Numbered from the stretch's first letter, positions 33,124 to 43,440 are shown. The stretch: 64,000 nucleotides of DNA from an uncultured bacterium (GCA_963720265.1 CAVRET010000001.1:69916-133915), one strand, 5' to 3'. Made by a program: numbers and translations. The notes: generated by a model from the sequence alone, not told the origin.

Positions 33124-36100
33124 TTACTCTAGTAGCGGTAATTGTTTGGCTATGGGGAGCGAAAAATGGAATTTCGATCCCTTGCCCTCACCCGATGTCA
33201 CCCAGATGCGGCCGCCGTGTGATTCAACCAGGTTTTTGACAATGTAGAGGCCCAAACCCGTGCCGCCGGCTTGGATTGATAGCGGATTGAAAATGCGCCC
33301 GAATTTAGTGAACAGGCGGTTGATTTGATGCTTGGAAATGCCGACGCCGTGATCCGAAATGATAGTGATGAGGTTGTCGCCCTGGATTTTGAAGTCAATG
33401 TCAACCTCGGTGTCGGGGTGTGAGTATTTGATGGCGTTGTCGACGAGGTTGAGCACGATCTGATGGAGCCGGGTTTCGTCGGCCAGAACCAGTGGCAGGC
33501 GCTGGCGACGGCGAACATTGAGCATCACCTGTCCGGCTGCTCCCTTTCCGGCCAGTTCGGACACGACCTCGGAAATAACATTTTCCATGGCAACCGGGCC
33601 GATATTAAGGTTAATTTTACCCGATTCAATATAGGTAGCGTCCATCAGATCTTCGACCAGGTCGATCATGCGCTGATTGGATTGATAAACGCGGCTTAGA
33701 TAGTGGTACTGTTTTTCGGAGAGGGCGCCGAAATCGGACTTGAGCGTCATGGAGAGAAAGCCCTTGATGGCGGTGAGCGGCGTGCGGAGTTCGTGCGAGA
33801 CGATTGAGATGAAATCGCTCTTAATCTCTTCCACCTCGCGATCGCGGGTAGTGTTGCGAATAATGGCGAGCCCTGAGGTAACGCGGCCGGCGTCATCGAA
33901 GATTGGTGAGTAGCTGATCTCGGTCCAGACCTTGCTGCCGGAGCTGTTTTCGAGCAGTTGCTCGTTTTTGGCGATGGTGACTCCTTCTGCAAGCACTCGC
34001 TGGAGCGCCGACATGGCGCCCTGGGCACCGGTTTCGCCGACAGTTCTAACGATGCGGCCGAACGGCTGGCCGAGTGCCTCAGTAGCATGGAACTGCGTGA
34101 TTTCAGTAGCAGCCGGATTGAAGCCAACGATGATACCTGAGCGGTCAAAGATAATAATGCCTTCATCAGTGAAGCGAAAGACGGCTTCCCAGCGCTCGCG
34201 GCGCGCGTTGACGTCGTGGTAGAGGTTGGCGTTTTCGATCAGGACGGCCAGCCTGGTACCGACGAGCTGGGCCAACTTGGCCTCATGGTCGGTCAGCGGG
34301 CGGTCAGGTCGGCCCACGAGTAGGACGCCCAGCGTCTTGGAGTGGTGCGTGATCGGCAGGGCCAGCTGGTGAAGGCTTGAGCCACTGCCGGGACTTGAGG
34401 TGGTGGCCCGGCGGCCGGCAAAGGCGACGGCCACCGGGTGCTCGGTGCCGAGCTCGAGTGCGGGCAGATCGGTGGGGCCGGGGCTGAGCGCATCATGGCG
34501 TTCGAGTCGCTGCTTACCGGCGTTGTACAGATAGATGGCGACCGACGGTACGCCTAAGAGCCCGGCCGTCTTGGTGAGGTACTTCTTGTAAATATTGGCC
34601 ATGTTGAACCCGACGATGCCGGATAACTCGGCCAGGCCCGAAAGCTCTCGCAAGTGCCGCTGGGCCTTGGCCGCCATTTCGTTGGCCTCAACGGTTTTTT
34701 CAATAAGCGGGGTAATATCTCTGGCAACCGCGACCGCACCGGTGACGCGCTCGCCGACAATGATCGGACTGATGTTGACTTGAAGATGGCGGCCGGTGCT
34801 GCGGCTGTGGCCGTAGCAAATGCAGCGCTTACCGCGCAGAACCTCGTCTACCATTTCCGGCATATCGGCGTCGAAAGTGAAGTCGCTTTGATTGCCGATA
34901 ATGCTAAAGAATGGCCGGCCGGAGGTGTCATCAGGGCAGTTGAATAGGCGATTCCATTCAGCATTCTGCTCAACTGTACGGCCCTCGGTGTCGACCATGA
35001 TGAGGCCGTCGGCGATGCTATTTTGGATTGAACGAAGCTTGTCTTTTTCCTGATACAGAGACGTGATGTCACGGATATTGATCAGTACGCCCACGAGCCC
35101 GCCTTTGCTATCGCGGTAAGGCGCGTAGACCGCTTCAAAATAGCTCGGCTCGGCTCGGTCCGGCTCGATCGAGAAGCCGGTGGAAGCCAGGTGGCCGTCA
35201 AGTGCGCTGGAAATAGCGGCCTGGACGGCCTTACGGTCGAGCTTGAGGCCCGGTACTGACAGCTGCGTGCCGGGGGGAAATTTGTGCTGGAGCTGGGTCG
35301 CTTTGAGGCCCAAAAGTCCGCCGACAGCGGCGTTGTAGTAGCGCAAGCGGCGTTCGAGATCGAGCACTAGCAGGCCGTCACGCATGAGGTTGCGGGTTTG
35401 CTCGATTTCGTTGGTCACCTTGAGCATGCTGTCGTGCAGATTGGCGTTGGCAAAGGCAATACCCGCCTGCTCGGCCAAGCTTTGGCTGAAGCGCAATTCG
35501 GAATAATCAAACTGGCGCGGTCGTTTGGAGATGAGCGCCAGCGCTCCAACCGGCTGGCCGCCGGAAAAGATGGGCGCCAGTAGCACCGACTTGATCCCCT
35601 CTTTGGCCACTAGCTCGGGATCGCCGGTCAGCGGTGCGGTAGAGGTATCGTTGATTTGAACCGGTTTGGCGCTGGTGAGCAGCTTGCGTACAATATTTGA
35701 CCGGGCCGTTGCCCTCACACTAGCAATATATTCGTCAGATAGCCCAATGGCTTGGTCAATGTAAAACTCGAGCTGCGACTTTTCGGGATGCGCCAGCGCC
35801 AGCGCTACCGCCTCCACCTGGAAGAGCTTTTTGGCATGCCGGAGCAGAGTTGAGCCGACTTGGTCGAAATCGAGCGACCGTGTAATGGCCTGTGTAATTC
35901 GTTGTAAGGCCATGGTTTGGGCGAGATTGGTTTTGACCTCGTGGGATAGTCGGAGTCGCCATAGCGTACTGGCGGCAGTGCGGAGGATGAGGTCAATCGT
36001 GACTGCCAGTTCTGAACCGGCGGCTGGCGCGCTCCATAGCCCGACACCACCAAGTTTGTGCTCAGGCGTAACTAGGAGTTGCAATATCGGTGGTTCGGCA

Positions 36101-36429
36101 TGCAGCCGCCGGCTGGCGGTACGTACATCCGGCCTGGCCGCCCAGGAGGCGATATCCGGCTCCAGCGATTCCTCGGCCGATAGCAGCGGATAGGTTAGCT
36201 TGCCACGGAGTTCAGTTGGCAACATATGCTCTTCGATGACGTCGTGGCCGCCGGTCGGACCCCAGATGAACGCCACTACCAGTTGTCCGGTCAATTTGGC
36301 CAATGTGCTAGTAAGCAAATTCAGCAGGCGGCTGGGAGTTTCGACTTTGGCAACAGCGGTTAACCAGTCATCGAGACTGGTAAGTGCCGGAGTTACCGTT
36401 TCAATCAGCTCCGCATTGGGTTCCGCCAT
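33124..36429 (-). CDS. Multi-domain sensor histidine kinase (GAF and PAS repeats, HisKA, HATPase_c), 1101 aa
   Basis: The C-terminus has an H-box (SHELRTPL) and G1/G2 boxes (GGTGLGLYIVK). Several PAS/GAF-like segments lie upstream. No TM helix is evident. Confidence 0.85.
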   Translation of the reverse strand: MAEPNAELIETVTPALTSLDDWLTAVAKVETPSRLLNLLTSTLAKLTGQLVVAFIWGPTGGHDVIEEHMLPTELRGKLTYPLLSAEESLEPDIASWAARPDVRTASRRLHAEPPILQLLVTPEHKLGGVGLWSAPAAGSELAVTIDLILRTAASTLWRLRLSHEVKTNLAQTMALQRITQAITRSLDFDQVGSTLLRHAKKLFQVEAVALALAHPEKSQLEFYIDQAIGLSDEYIASVRATARSNIVRKLLTSAKPVQINDTSTAPLTGDPELVAKEGIKSVLLAPIFSGGQPVGALALISKRPRQFDYSELRFSQSLAEQAGIAFANANLHDSMLKVTNEIEQTRNLMRDGLLVLDLERRLRYYNAAVGGLLGLKATQLQHKFPPGTQLSVPGLKLDRKAVQAAISSALDGHLASTGFSIEPDRAEPSYFEAVYAPYRDSKGGLVGVLINIRDITSLYQEKDKLRSIQNSIADGLIMVDTEGRTVEQNAEWNRLFNCPDDTSGRPFFSIIGNQSDFTFDADMPEMVDEVLRGKRCICYGHSRSTGRHLQVNISPIIVGERVTGAVAVARDITPLIEKTVEANEMAAKAQRHLRELSGLAELSGIVGFNMANIYKKYLTKTAGLLGVPSVAIYLYNAGKQRLERHDALSPGPTDLPALELGTEHPVAVAFAGRRATTSSPGSGSSLHQLALPITHHSKTLGVLLVGRPDRPLTDHEAKLAQLVGTRLAVLIENANLYHDVNARRERWEAVFRFTDEGIIIFDRSGIIVGFNPAATEITQFHATEALGQPFGRIVRTVGETGAQGAMSALQRVLAEGVTIAKNEQLLENSSGSKVWTEISYSPIFDDAGRVTSGLAIIRNTTRDREVEEIKSDFISIVSHELRTPLTAIKGFLSMTLKSDFGALSEKQYHYLSRVYQSNQRMIDLVEDLMDATYIESGKINLNIGPVAMENVISEVVSELAGKGAAGQVMLNVRRRQRLPLVLADETRLHQIVLNLVDNAIKYSHPDTEVDIDFKIQGDNLITIISDHGVGISKHQINRLFTKFGRIFNPLSIQAGGTGLGLYIVKNLVESHGGRIWVTSGEGKGSKFHFSLPIAKQLPLLE

Positions 36430-36514
36430 GCCGATTCTCGCACCGCCTTTCTGTCATTAACGGTAGCATTCGGCGGCATGCTGACTCAAGCATGAGACGG
36501 ATGTGGGTCTTGGG

Positions 36515-37201
36515 CTATGGATTGATTTTGGCTTGCGCGAGGATTTCGTCAAATTGAGTTGCGTAGGTACTATTTTCGTTATCAAATACCAGCACCTTGT
36601 CGCGTACCGGCACGACCACTTCGCGGACGCTACGCTGATTGGGAAATTGGCCGGTGAAATTGTAGGCCGGCTGGCCGTCAACCGTGAGGCTGCTTTGCTT
36701 CATGGTACCTTCGCTAATCTCGCCGGAGTAATTGCTAATAAATTGCGTCCCAGTTTCCTCTTGGAGTGTGACTTTGGTAGCTGCGAGCCCCGGAATTTCG
36801 TTGGTAACCGTAACCGAGCCTGGGTTCACAATGAGGGTGACCTGGGTGCCGGCTTGCTCTTCGTCAACCCATGACGCCCAATCTTTGGGATACTTGATGA
36901 CAAATGAGCCATAGGCGTCGGGTGCGACAAATTGGCTAAACGGCGACTCATTGGCAATAGAATCGGCGAGCGCATCCTTGGTTTTTTGGTCAGCCGCTCC
37001 GGCAACGGCGGCCGTCGTCTTCTGTTGGCCTAGGGTTTTGGTGGCGGTAGTTGCATCGTTGTAGAAATGGAGGCTCAGGTATGCAAAAATGCCCATGCCA
37101 ACGAATAACACAAACACGAGTGCGAGCATAAGCGGACCGCCGAGCAAACTGGAATTGCCCGTTGGGCCTGACGGCGCAGTAGGTACCGGCGAATCGTACA
37201 T
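36515..37201 (-). CDS. Membrane-anchored extracytoplasmic protein of unknown function
   Basis: A single N-terminal TM (LMLALVFVLFVGMGIFAYL) precedes a soluble domain. No motif was recognised. Confidence 0.4.
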   Translation of the reverse strand: MYDSPVPTAPSGPTGNSSLLGGPLMLALVFVLFVGMGIFAYLSLHFYNDATTATKTLGQQKTTAAVAGAADQKTKDALADSIANESPFSQFVAPDAYGSFVIKYPKDWASWVDEEQAGTQVTLIVNPGSVTVTNEIPGLAATKVTLQEETGTQFISNYSGEISEGTMKQSSLTVDGQPAYNFTGQFPNQRSVREVVVPVRDKVLVFDNENSTYATQFDEILAQAKINP

Positions 37202-37241
37202 GTTAGTGCTTATGCTAACGCGGGGCCGGATAGATTACAAG

Positions 37242-37736
37242 CTAAGGCTGCCGGCCATATTCGTAGACGTAGGTGTTGCGGGTGCGACGGACCGGCTTCT
37301 TGCCTGGGAGCTCAAAGACATATGACACAACTGTCGTCGGCTGCGTCAGTTCGGCTTCAAATTTGCGCGTGAGTCGGGCGGTGTGACGGTCGAGGATAAA
37401 AACATATACAGCATCGGCCGGCGGCAGCTTGGTGTGCCAGAAATCGGCGGTGTGAATGGTGACGAGCTTTCGGTAGCGCCAGCAGACAATGCGCGAAATG
37501 AATACAAGGAAGGGATTGACCTCGTAACCGATGCCGCGAATACCGCGGCCGGCGGCAGTACGAAGCAAGCGACCGTCGCCGGATCCGAGGTCGACGAGGG
37601 TTTGGCCCGGTTTTAGCTCCGCCAGGTCGAGGGCCTTCTTGCGGTCGCGCACGAGAATCGGTACGTAGGGTGCACCAATAATGCCGCCGATGGCGAACGG
37701 CAATGTGACGGCCAGGAGGATGAGTGTGATAAGCAT
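37242..37736 (-). CDS. Membrane-anchored class I SAM-dependent methyltransferase
   Basis: An N-terminal TM helix is followed by motif I (LVDLGSGDGRLL). The protein is 164 aa. Confidence 0.5.
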   Translation of the reverse strand: MLITLILLAVTLPFAIGGIIGAPYVPILVRDRKKALDLAELKPGQTLVDLGSGDGRLLRTAAGRGIRGIGYEVNPFLVFISRIVCWRYRKLVTIHTADFWHTKLPPADAVYVFILDRHTARLTRKFEAELTQPTTVVSYVFELPGKKPVRRTRNTYVYEYGRQP

Positions 37737-38017
37737 TAAAACAAGCCGGTTTGGTCCGTGTCGGGCACCGGCGGCTCGGTCGGCACGGATTCGGCTGGAG
37801 CACTGGCAGCGGGTTCAGCGAAGCGGCGCTTGATCTTTTCGATTCGGTTCTCGACTTCGGCCAAGTGGGTCTTGAGTTGACTCGCCAGATCCATGCCGCG
37901 CTCAAATTTAGCCAGGCCGGCGTCGAGATCGATGTCAGCCTGCTCAAACCATTGGGTAATCTCCTCAAGCTCCTTGAGGGCGCGGTCGAATTCAAATGGT
38001 TTGGCAGAGGTGGTCAT
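37736..38017 (-). CDS. xseB: Exodeoxyribonuclease VII small subunit
   Basis: The protein is 93 aa and contains FEQALKELEEIxxxLExxxxxLD-like coiled-coil signature residues. Confidence 0.8.
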   Translation of the reverse strand: MTTSAKPFEFDRALKELEEITQWFEQADIDLDAGLAKFERGMDLASQLKTHLAEVENRIEKIKRRFAEPAASAPAESVPTEPPVPDTDQTGLF

Positions 38018-38113
38018 AGCAGAAATTGTATCATGATGACGTGTGTAGCTGGCCCCGGAAGAGCGCCCTCCGGGGCCAGCTGGTCTTTCCGGATCCGCGC
38101 CCTCGCGAGTGGA

Positions 38114-38716
38114 TTATCGCGAAGCCGCGGTAAGGGGTAGAAGCTCAAGTTGGCGGAAGACCGCGCTTACCGCGACGGCCAGTTGTAGCCCGGCGTCTCG
38201 GTGCTGATGGTCATGCGGGAGCGGTATGCCGAGGCCCAACAGAAGTGACAGCCGATTGAGGCAGGCGGCTTCGCTGAGCTCGCCCTCCAACTGGGCCCGT
38301 ATGACCAGCCCGAGTATTTGCTTGATCGCATTGGATGACGCAAGTAGCCCCCTGATGCATCTTCCGAGAGCTTCCGGGTTGATGTCGGATAGGTTAATAG
38401 TGCGACCGGTTGTGGGCAGGCGGAGGTTGGCAACGAGATCCGCGACCAATTGCCAGGCGGCGGCGCGGATTGCTTCATCTTCATCGCACAGCAGCACTGA
38501 GGCTCTTGTCCTCGTTAGACTGCGGCCCGGGATCAGCAGCGCGTCGATGAGTTGCATGGCGGCGGCGTGAACGTTTAGCCAAGGTAGTTCTTGCTCGCCA
38601 TTTCCGACGATATCTCCGAGGCGCCAGGACAGCGCCCTAAGACTCAGTCTTAGTTCGTCGTCGTCTCGCGCTCCGAGTGTGAGGACGACGGGTGTCGGGT
38701 CGTGGTTGGTTGTCAT
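38114..38716 (-). CDS. Hypothetical Leu/Ala-rich protein inserted between xseA and xseB
   Basis: A 200-aa ORF with protein-like composition and no recognisable motif. Its GC (~60%) is higher than that of its neighbours. Confidence 0.35.
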   Translation of the reverse strand: MTTNHDPTPVVLTLGARDDDELRLSLRALSWRLGDIVGNGEQELPWLNVHAAAMQLIDALLIPGRSLTRTRASVLLCDEDEAIRAAAWQLVADLVANLRLPTTGRTINLSDINPEALGRCIRGLLASSNAIKQILGLVIRAQLEGELSEAACLNRLSLLLGLGIPLPHDHQHRDAGLQLAVAVSAVFRQLELLPLTAASR

Positions 38717-38802
38717 GGAGCTCCTACTCGCGATCGTTGGTGTTACGAACCGCTTGCGAGCTGGCAGGCGTATTAATAATTATCTTGTTTAGGCTTTGAT
38801 AA

Positions 38803-39978
38803 TCAAGGTTTAGTAACTTTGGCAGCAAGCGCTCCTTTAGCGAGTTGGATGGCAATGGGCTGGCCGGATTTGGTGGCGGCTGGGTCGCGCAGAATGTGGC
38901 CGGATTCGTTACGCACAATGGCATAGCCGCGGTTTAGCACAGCGGCGGGATCGAGACCACGAAGGATACGCTCGAGAGCGTCAGTGCGGGTAGCGATGAG
39001 GGCGCTCCTGGCGCTTACGCGATCGAGCCCGCGCCAGAGCGCAGCTGTCTGAGCCGCCAGTTGCTCTCTGGGCTGGCGCAGACCGGCTTCAAGCTGGTTC
39101 ATGGCCCGGTCGGCGCGTCGGCTACGGGCGGTGACAGTGGCGCGCAAGGCGGCTTCAGCCTGGGCTGTGAGGTGGTCTACGCGGGCTGCCACTTCGCGGC
39201 GGTCCGGCACCACTAGTCTGGCGGCGTCGGTGGGTGTAGCGGCGCGCAGGTCGGCGGCGTAGTCGGCTAGCGAGAAGTCCACTTCATGGCCCACGCCCAC
39301 TACAATTGGCGTGCGGCTGGCGGCTACACTTCGTGCGACCGGCTCGGTTGAGAAAGCCGCTAAATCCTCGAGCGACCCGCCGCCGCGGATGAGCACAAGT
39401 ACATCGGGCGGGTCGGCTAGGTGGTTAAAATATTCGAGCGCGCCGACGATTTCATCCGGAGCTTTCAGGCCCTGTACGGCCACGTCGGCCACCAGTATCT
39501 CCACCCCGCCCCATCTGGCGGCCAGGATTTTCGTGAAATCGGCGTAGGCGGCTGAGGCGGCTGAGGTAATTAGTCCGATGCGGCGCGGAAATTGCGGGAT
39601 CGGTCGTTTGCGGGCTGGATCAAATAGCCCCTCCCCTTCCAGTTTTTTGCGCAACAGCTCGAGAGCGCGTTTTAGCTCCCCTTCTCCGGCCAACTCGTAT
39701 TCGCGCACGGTGAGGCTGAATTTCGAAAATTTCGTGACTTTGGGCGATCCGGTAACGCGCACTTTCATGCCGTCCTCGAGCGGTAACTTGAGCTGGTGGA
39801 TCATCATGAAACACGCCAGGGTGTTGCCCTCGTCTTTGAGATCAAAGAACACGAATTTGCCACGGTTGACGTTAAAGCCGGAGATCTCGCCTTCAACCGT
39901 AACCTGGGGATACGCGAAGCCGAGCGTCTCGTTGATAATGTCAACGAATTCGGTAACCGAGATGACCTGCGGGTTCAT
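38803..39978 (-). CDS. xseA: Exodeoxyribonuclease VII large subunit
   Basis: An OB-fold N-terminus (VTVEGEISGFNVNRGKFVFFDLKD) precedes the catalytic domain and a coiled-coil C-terminus. Confidence 0.85.
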   Translation of the reverse strand: MNPQVISVTEFVDIINETLGFAYPQVTVEGEISGFNVNRGKFVFFDLKDEGNTLACFMMIHQLKLPLEDGMKVRVTGSPKVTKFSKFSLTVREYELAGEGELKRALELLRKKLEGEGLFDPARKRPIPQFPRRIGLITSAASAAYADFTKILAARWGGVEILVADVAVQGLKAPDEIVGALEYFNHLADPPDVLVLIRGGGSLEDLAAFSTEPVARSVAASRTPIVVGVGHEVDFSLADYAADLRAATPTDAARLVVPDRREVAARVDHLTAQAEAALRATVTARSRRADRAMNQLEAGLRQPREQLAAQTAALWRGLDRVSARSALIATRTDALERILRGLDPAAVLNRGYAIVRNESGHILRDPAATKSGQPIAIQLAKGALAAKVTKP

Positions 39979-40018
39979 GACCTTATCTTACGCTATAGAA
40001 CTCTGGTGCCAAAAATAG

Positions 40019-40543
40019 CTAAAGTTCAAAATGGCTGATGATGGTTTTTGCAGCATCAGACGGAGATAGTTTTGTATTGTCGATTTGGAGGTTGTGGCTG
40101 TATGGCACCGGGCCATACAGCTGATGCTCCTTTAGGACATCGTGGAGCGTGTCGACATCTTTAATCTTGGAGAAGTTTTTACGCGACCGTAGCCCTACTC
40201 GCTTTTCTAACTCCTCAGGCGGTGGCGTAAGCTGGACGAAACAGACTGCACCGCCGCTACGTTCGACGCCGGTGACAATCTCTGCCACATATTCGTCGTC
40301 GACTTCTTGGCCGTAAACCATGGTGAATATGGGGCTGACATCGGCACGTGCAGCGGCTTCAATCACGTCGAGGCGCAGTTTTTCGACGACCTCCTCACGG
40401 ATTTTTCGATCCTCGAATATCTCGCGAGCGAGTTCGATGGTTAGGTGGTTGTGAAACAGGCGGAAACCGGTTTGCTCGGCGATTTCTTGACCAACGGTGA
40501 GTTTGCCGGCCGCGGGAGGTCCATAGATAAATACTAGCTTCAT
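40019..40543 (-). CDS. P-loop NTPase / small-molecule kinase-like protein (AAA_33-like)
   Basis: The Walker A motif is GPPAAGKLT. The protein is 174 aa. Its specificity cannot be determined. Confidence 0.45.
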   Translation of the reverse strand: MKLVFIYGPPAAGKLTVGQEIAEQTGFRLFHNHLTIELAREIFEDRKIREEVVEKLRLDVIEAAARADVSPIFTMVYGQEVDDEYVAEIVTGVERSGGAVCFVQLTPPPEELEKRVGLRSRKNFSKIKDVDTLHDVLKEHQLYGPVPYSHNLQIDNTKLSPSDAAKTIISHFEL

Positions 40544-40553
40544 TCTTTCTTTA

Positions 40554-41564
40554 CTAAGCGGCCTCTTCTAAATGTTTGCGGTAATAGTGCAGGCCCGGGG
40601 GCAGGAAGAGCACGAAATTTAGTACGCGATAGACGAGCACGACGTCGAAGGCTAGGGCGAACGGTACGCCAAGGGCGGCAAACGCGCCGATCATACCGGC
40701 TTCGTAGACGCCAAGGCCGTTAATCAAAAAGCCGCCAACGCTGGCGGCGATGGCGAGCGTATAGGCCACGATAACAACGCCTGGATTCACCCAATGACCA
40801 AAGCCGATGAACACGGCATACACCGTAGCGACCTCGGCCAGGTTGCCGCCAAGCGACCACCACAGCAACGCCGGCCAGTGGCGCTTGTGACTGATAATCT
40901 CGTGATAGCCGCGGTAGAATTCGGTGAGGAAGCGGTCGAGCCGGGCGGCGCTCACGAGCGGTTTGCGGCGGCGCAACATGCGGCGGCCGGCAGCGTTGAG
41001 CAGATTAATGGCCGGCTTTACTATTACCTCAAGCCGGGAGCGTTCCGAGAACACGGCCAGCAGTACAAAGCCGGCGATCAGTGCCGCGACCACAATGAGC
41101 ATCACGATGCGGACCGACAGCTTATTGAGGTCGTTGCTAAATAAAAGCGTTAGAAAGCCAAAAGCTAGCACGACGAAATATGACGCAAAGGTGAAAATGT
41201 AGCGGCCAATCTGCGCCAAGGTGGCCTGGCTTGGCGGCACACCGTATTCTTTAACAGCCTGGGTGAGATAGGTGGTGCTGGCGACACCACCGGAGGGAAT
41301 CGCCTGGCCGGCGAAGTTGATGGCAAGTGAGGCTTCGTAAAGCCGGCGCAGGCCGACCTTACGGTCAAATATGGCGAAAAACGCTCGGTAATACCCGGCG
41401 TTGAAGTAGTAACTGGCAAGTTGGGCCGCGATCACCAGCGGAACAACGTACCAACGGACGCGTTCAAACGTAGAGATAATGTTGGCCGGATTGCCGAAGC
41501 TGGAAAAGATAAGGACAATCACGCCCAGCGTGCCGGCAAGAATGAGCAGGCGGCGCATGTTCAT
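40554..41564 (-). CDS. Polytopic membrane protein, lysylphosphatidylglycerol-synthase-TM / flippase-like (UPF0104) family
   Basis: It has about eight TM helices, and the length and topology are typical of the family. The start is at an internal Met. Confidence 0.45.
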   Translation of the reverse strand: MNMRRLLILAGTLGVIVLIFSSFGNPANIISTFERVRWYVVPLVIAAQLASYYFNAGYYRAFFAIFDRKVGLRRLYEASLAINFAGQAIPSGGVASTTYLTQAVKEYGVPPSQATLAQIGRYIFTFASYFVVLAFGFLTLLFSNDLNKLSVRIVMLIVVAALIAGFVLLAVFSERSRLEVIVKPAINLLNAAGRRMLRRRKPLVSAARLDRFLTEFYRGYHEIISHKRHWPALLWWSLGGNLAEVATVYAVFIGFGHWVNPGVVIVAYTLAIAASVGGFLINGLGVYEAGMIGAFAALGVPFALAFDVVLVYRVLNFVLFLPPGLHYYRKHLEEAA

Positions 41565-41567
41565 ATG

Positions 41568-41581
41568 TGCATTATAATGCA
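41568..41581. promoter_or_regulatory. Perfect palindrome tgcattataatgca, centred on TATAAT, in the divergent promoter region between 40554-41564 (-) and 41588-42733 (+)
   Basis: Seen directly. It causes both divergent tracker ORFs to begin with MHYNA. Confidence 0.4.
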
Positions 41582-41587
41582 AGGACT

Positions 41588-42733
41588 ATGGTAACGCTTT
41601 CAAACCTCGCAATTTTGGGCCGGCAGCCAGAACTAGGGTTGGTTGAACTAGAGTCGGTAATGGGCGCCGACGGGGTCGCGTCACTGGGGCCGGCGGCGCT
41701 AGTGGGGGCTGAGATTGAGATTAACCGGCTGGGCGGTGTGGTGAAGTTCGGCCGCGTATTGTATGACGGACCGCCGGTGGATCTGCAAGCGCTGCCGGTT
41801 CAGACTGACGAATTACCAATGACCGATGCCAAAACGCCGTTTGCGGTGAGCCTGTACGGCGCCGGAGCAACTAGAGGCCGGGCCCAGGCGGTGGGGCTGG
41901 CGCTTAAGAAACGCTTGCGCGCACGGGGCTCGGTGCGGCTCGTGATGCCGGCGAGCGGTACCGCTGTGTCGGCAGCCGGCCTGACCCATAACCAGGTGCT
42001 TGAGCATGGGTTTGAGCTGCTGATAGTAACAACGGCCGGGCGCATGGTGATCGCGAAAACACTAGGGGTTCAAGATGTGGATTGGTACTCAAGGCGCGAT
42101 TATGGCCGGCCGGCCCGGAGTGCTAAGGTTGGCATGTTGCCGCCCAAGTTGGCCCAGGTGCTGGTGAATACTACCCATACTGGGACGGTCGCTGACCCGT
42201 TTTGTGGTAGCGGCGTCGTGTTAGCCGAGGCACTGCTCGCGAACCGGGTAGCATATGGCTCTGATACGGCGTCCGAGATGGTGGCTGCGGCGCGGGCCAA
42301 CTTGACTTGGCTGACGTCTGAAGTGTCGGCCCGGATGCCGGACTTGGTACTTCCGGCCTGGAATATAGATTTGGCCGATGCTAGAAGCGTGAAACTCCCA
42401 ACAGATGCGGCTGTGGTGAGTGAAGGCTATCTTGGTACCCCATTGGTGCGCTCCCCTCCCCCGCCTGAGCTCGATAAGCTCCGGCGGGAATTGCGCGAGT
42501 TGTACATTGACGCTTTGGCTAATTGGGCCGGGCAGCTCCCGAGTGGCGCTGAGGTGAGCCTGTGCGTACCCGCTTGGCGCGTCGGTCGCCACTGGACGTC
42601 ACTCGATCTGGTTGACGATCTTGCCAGATTAGGGTACACTCAGAAGGTTTTTAAGCATGCTGCTACTCCCCTATTATATGCCAGAGAGGATCAGCTAGTC
42701 GGGCGGCAACTATTATTTTTGCGTAAAGGATAG
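41588..42733 (+). CDS. Putative RNA methyltransferase of the UPF0020 (RlmL/Trm11-like) class
   Basis: Motif [14 protein letters not shown] is characteristic of UPF0020 N-methyltransferases. Motif IV is degenerate (SEGYLG). Confidence 0.5.
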   Translation: MVTLSNLAILGRQPELGLVELESVMGADGVASLGPAALVGAEIEINRLGGVVKFGRVLYDGPPVDLQALPVQTDELPMTDAKTPFAVSLYGAGATRGRAQAVGLALKKRLRARGSVRLVMPASGTAVSAAGLTHNQVLEHGFELLIVTTAGRMVIAKTLGVQDVDWYSRRDYGRPARSAKVGMLPPKLAQVLVNTTHTGTVADPFCGSGVVLAEALLANRVAYGSDTASEMVAAARANLTWLTSEVSARMPDLVLPAWNIDLADARSVKLPTDAAVVSEGYLGTPLVRSPPPPELDKLRRELRELYIDALANWAGQLPSGAEVSLCVPAWRVGRHWTSLDLVDDLARLGYTQKVFKHAATPLLYAREDQLVGRQLLFLRKG

Positions 42734-42738
42734 CGCTC

Positions 42739-43020
42739 ATGGCCCACACAAAAGCCGGTGGCTCATCAAAAAACCTCCACGACAGTCCGGGTCAACGCCT
42801 GGGCGTGAAGTTGTTTGGCGGTCAGTTTGTACGTACTGGTGGTGTCTTGGTGCGCCAGCGCGGTATGCGCATCGAGGCCGGCCCGGGCGTAGGCGCCGGG
42901 GTTGACCAAACGTTATTTGCTCTGCGTGACGGTGTGGTTAAGTTCTCAACCAAGCGCATTCAAAAGTTTACCGGAACCAAAGTCCGCCGCACGATAGTGT
43001 CGGTAGTCGGCGAAAAATAA
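42739..43020 (+). CDS. rpmA: 50S ribosomal protein L27
   Basis: [12 protein letters not shown]...[10 protein letters not shown]...[14 protein letters not shown] is present. No rplU lies upstream. Confidence 0.85.
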   Translation: MAHTKAGGSSKNLHDSPGQRLGVKLFGGQFVRTGGVLVRQRGMRIEAGPGVGAGVDQTLFALRDGVVKFSTKRIQKFTGTKVRRTIVSVVGEK

Positions 43021-43030
43021 TTATGCTTAA

Positions 43031-43423
43031 TCAGGCCGGCTCTTTGAGCCCTAGATGGTACCTGATGCGTTTCATGACGTCGGCAATAATTGCTTGGGAT
43101 TTAACCAGGAACTCGTCGGCGCCAAGTTCCTTAGCACGCTGTTTATCCGCGGGCTGAGATAAGGCGGTTAGGATAATGATTTTAGTGTGGGCGGTTTCTT
43201 TGGTGTTGCGCAAAATATCGAGCACATCGAATCCTGACACTTTCGGCATCATAATATCGAGCAGAATCAGATCGGGATGGTATTCGAGAGCAGTTTGGAG
43301 GGCCTTTTCACCGTCGGGACAGTCGCGAACGTCGAACCCTTCGGCCTCCATCCGGGTTTTGTAAGCAGTGGCCAGTGCCTTATCATCTTCAACCAGCAAA
43401 ATGTGCGGTTTGGGCCGGTCCAT
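43031..43423 (-). CDS. Stand-alone response-regulator receiver (CheY-like); paralogue of 32661-33062
   Basis: ILLVEDD, DLILLDIMMPKVSGFDVL and a conserved Lys are present. The start is at the internal Met (MDRPKPH). Confidence 0.8.
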   Translation of the reverse strand: MDRPKPHILLVEDDKALATAYKTRMEAEGFDVRDCPDGEKALQTALEYHPDLILLDIMMPKVSGFDVLDILRNTKETAHTKIIILTALSQPADKQRAKELGADEFLVKSQAIIADVMKRIRYHLGLKEPA

Positions 43424-43440
43424 GGCTCTACTATACACCC

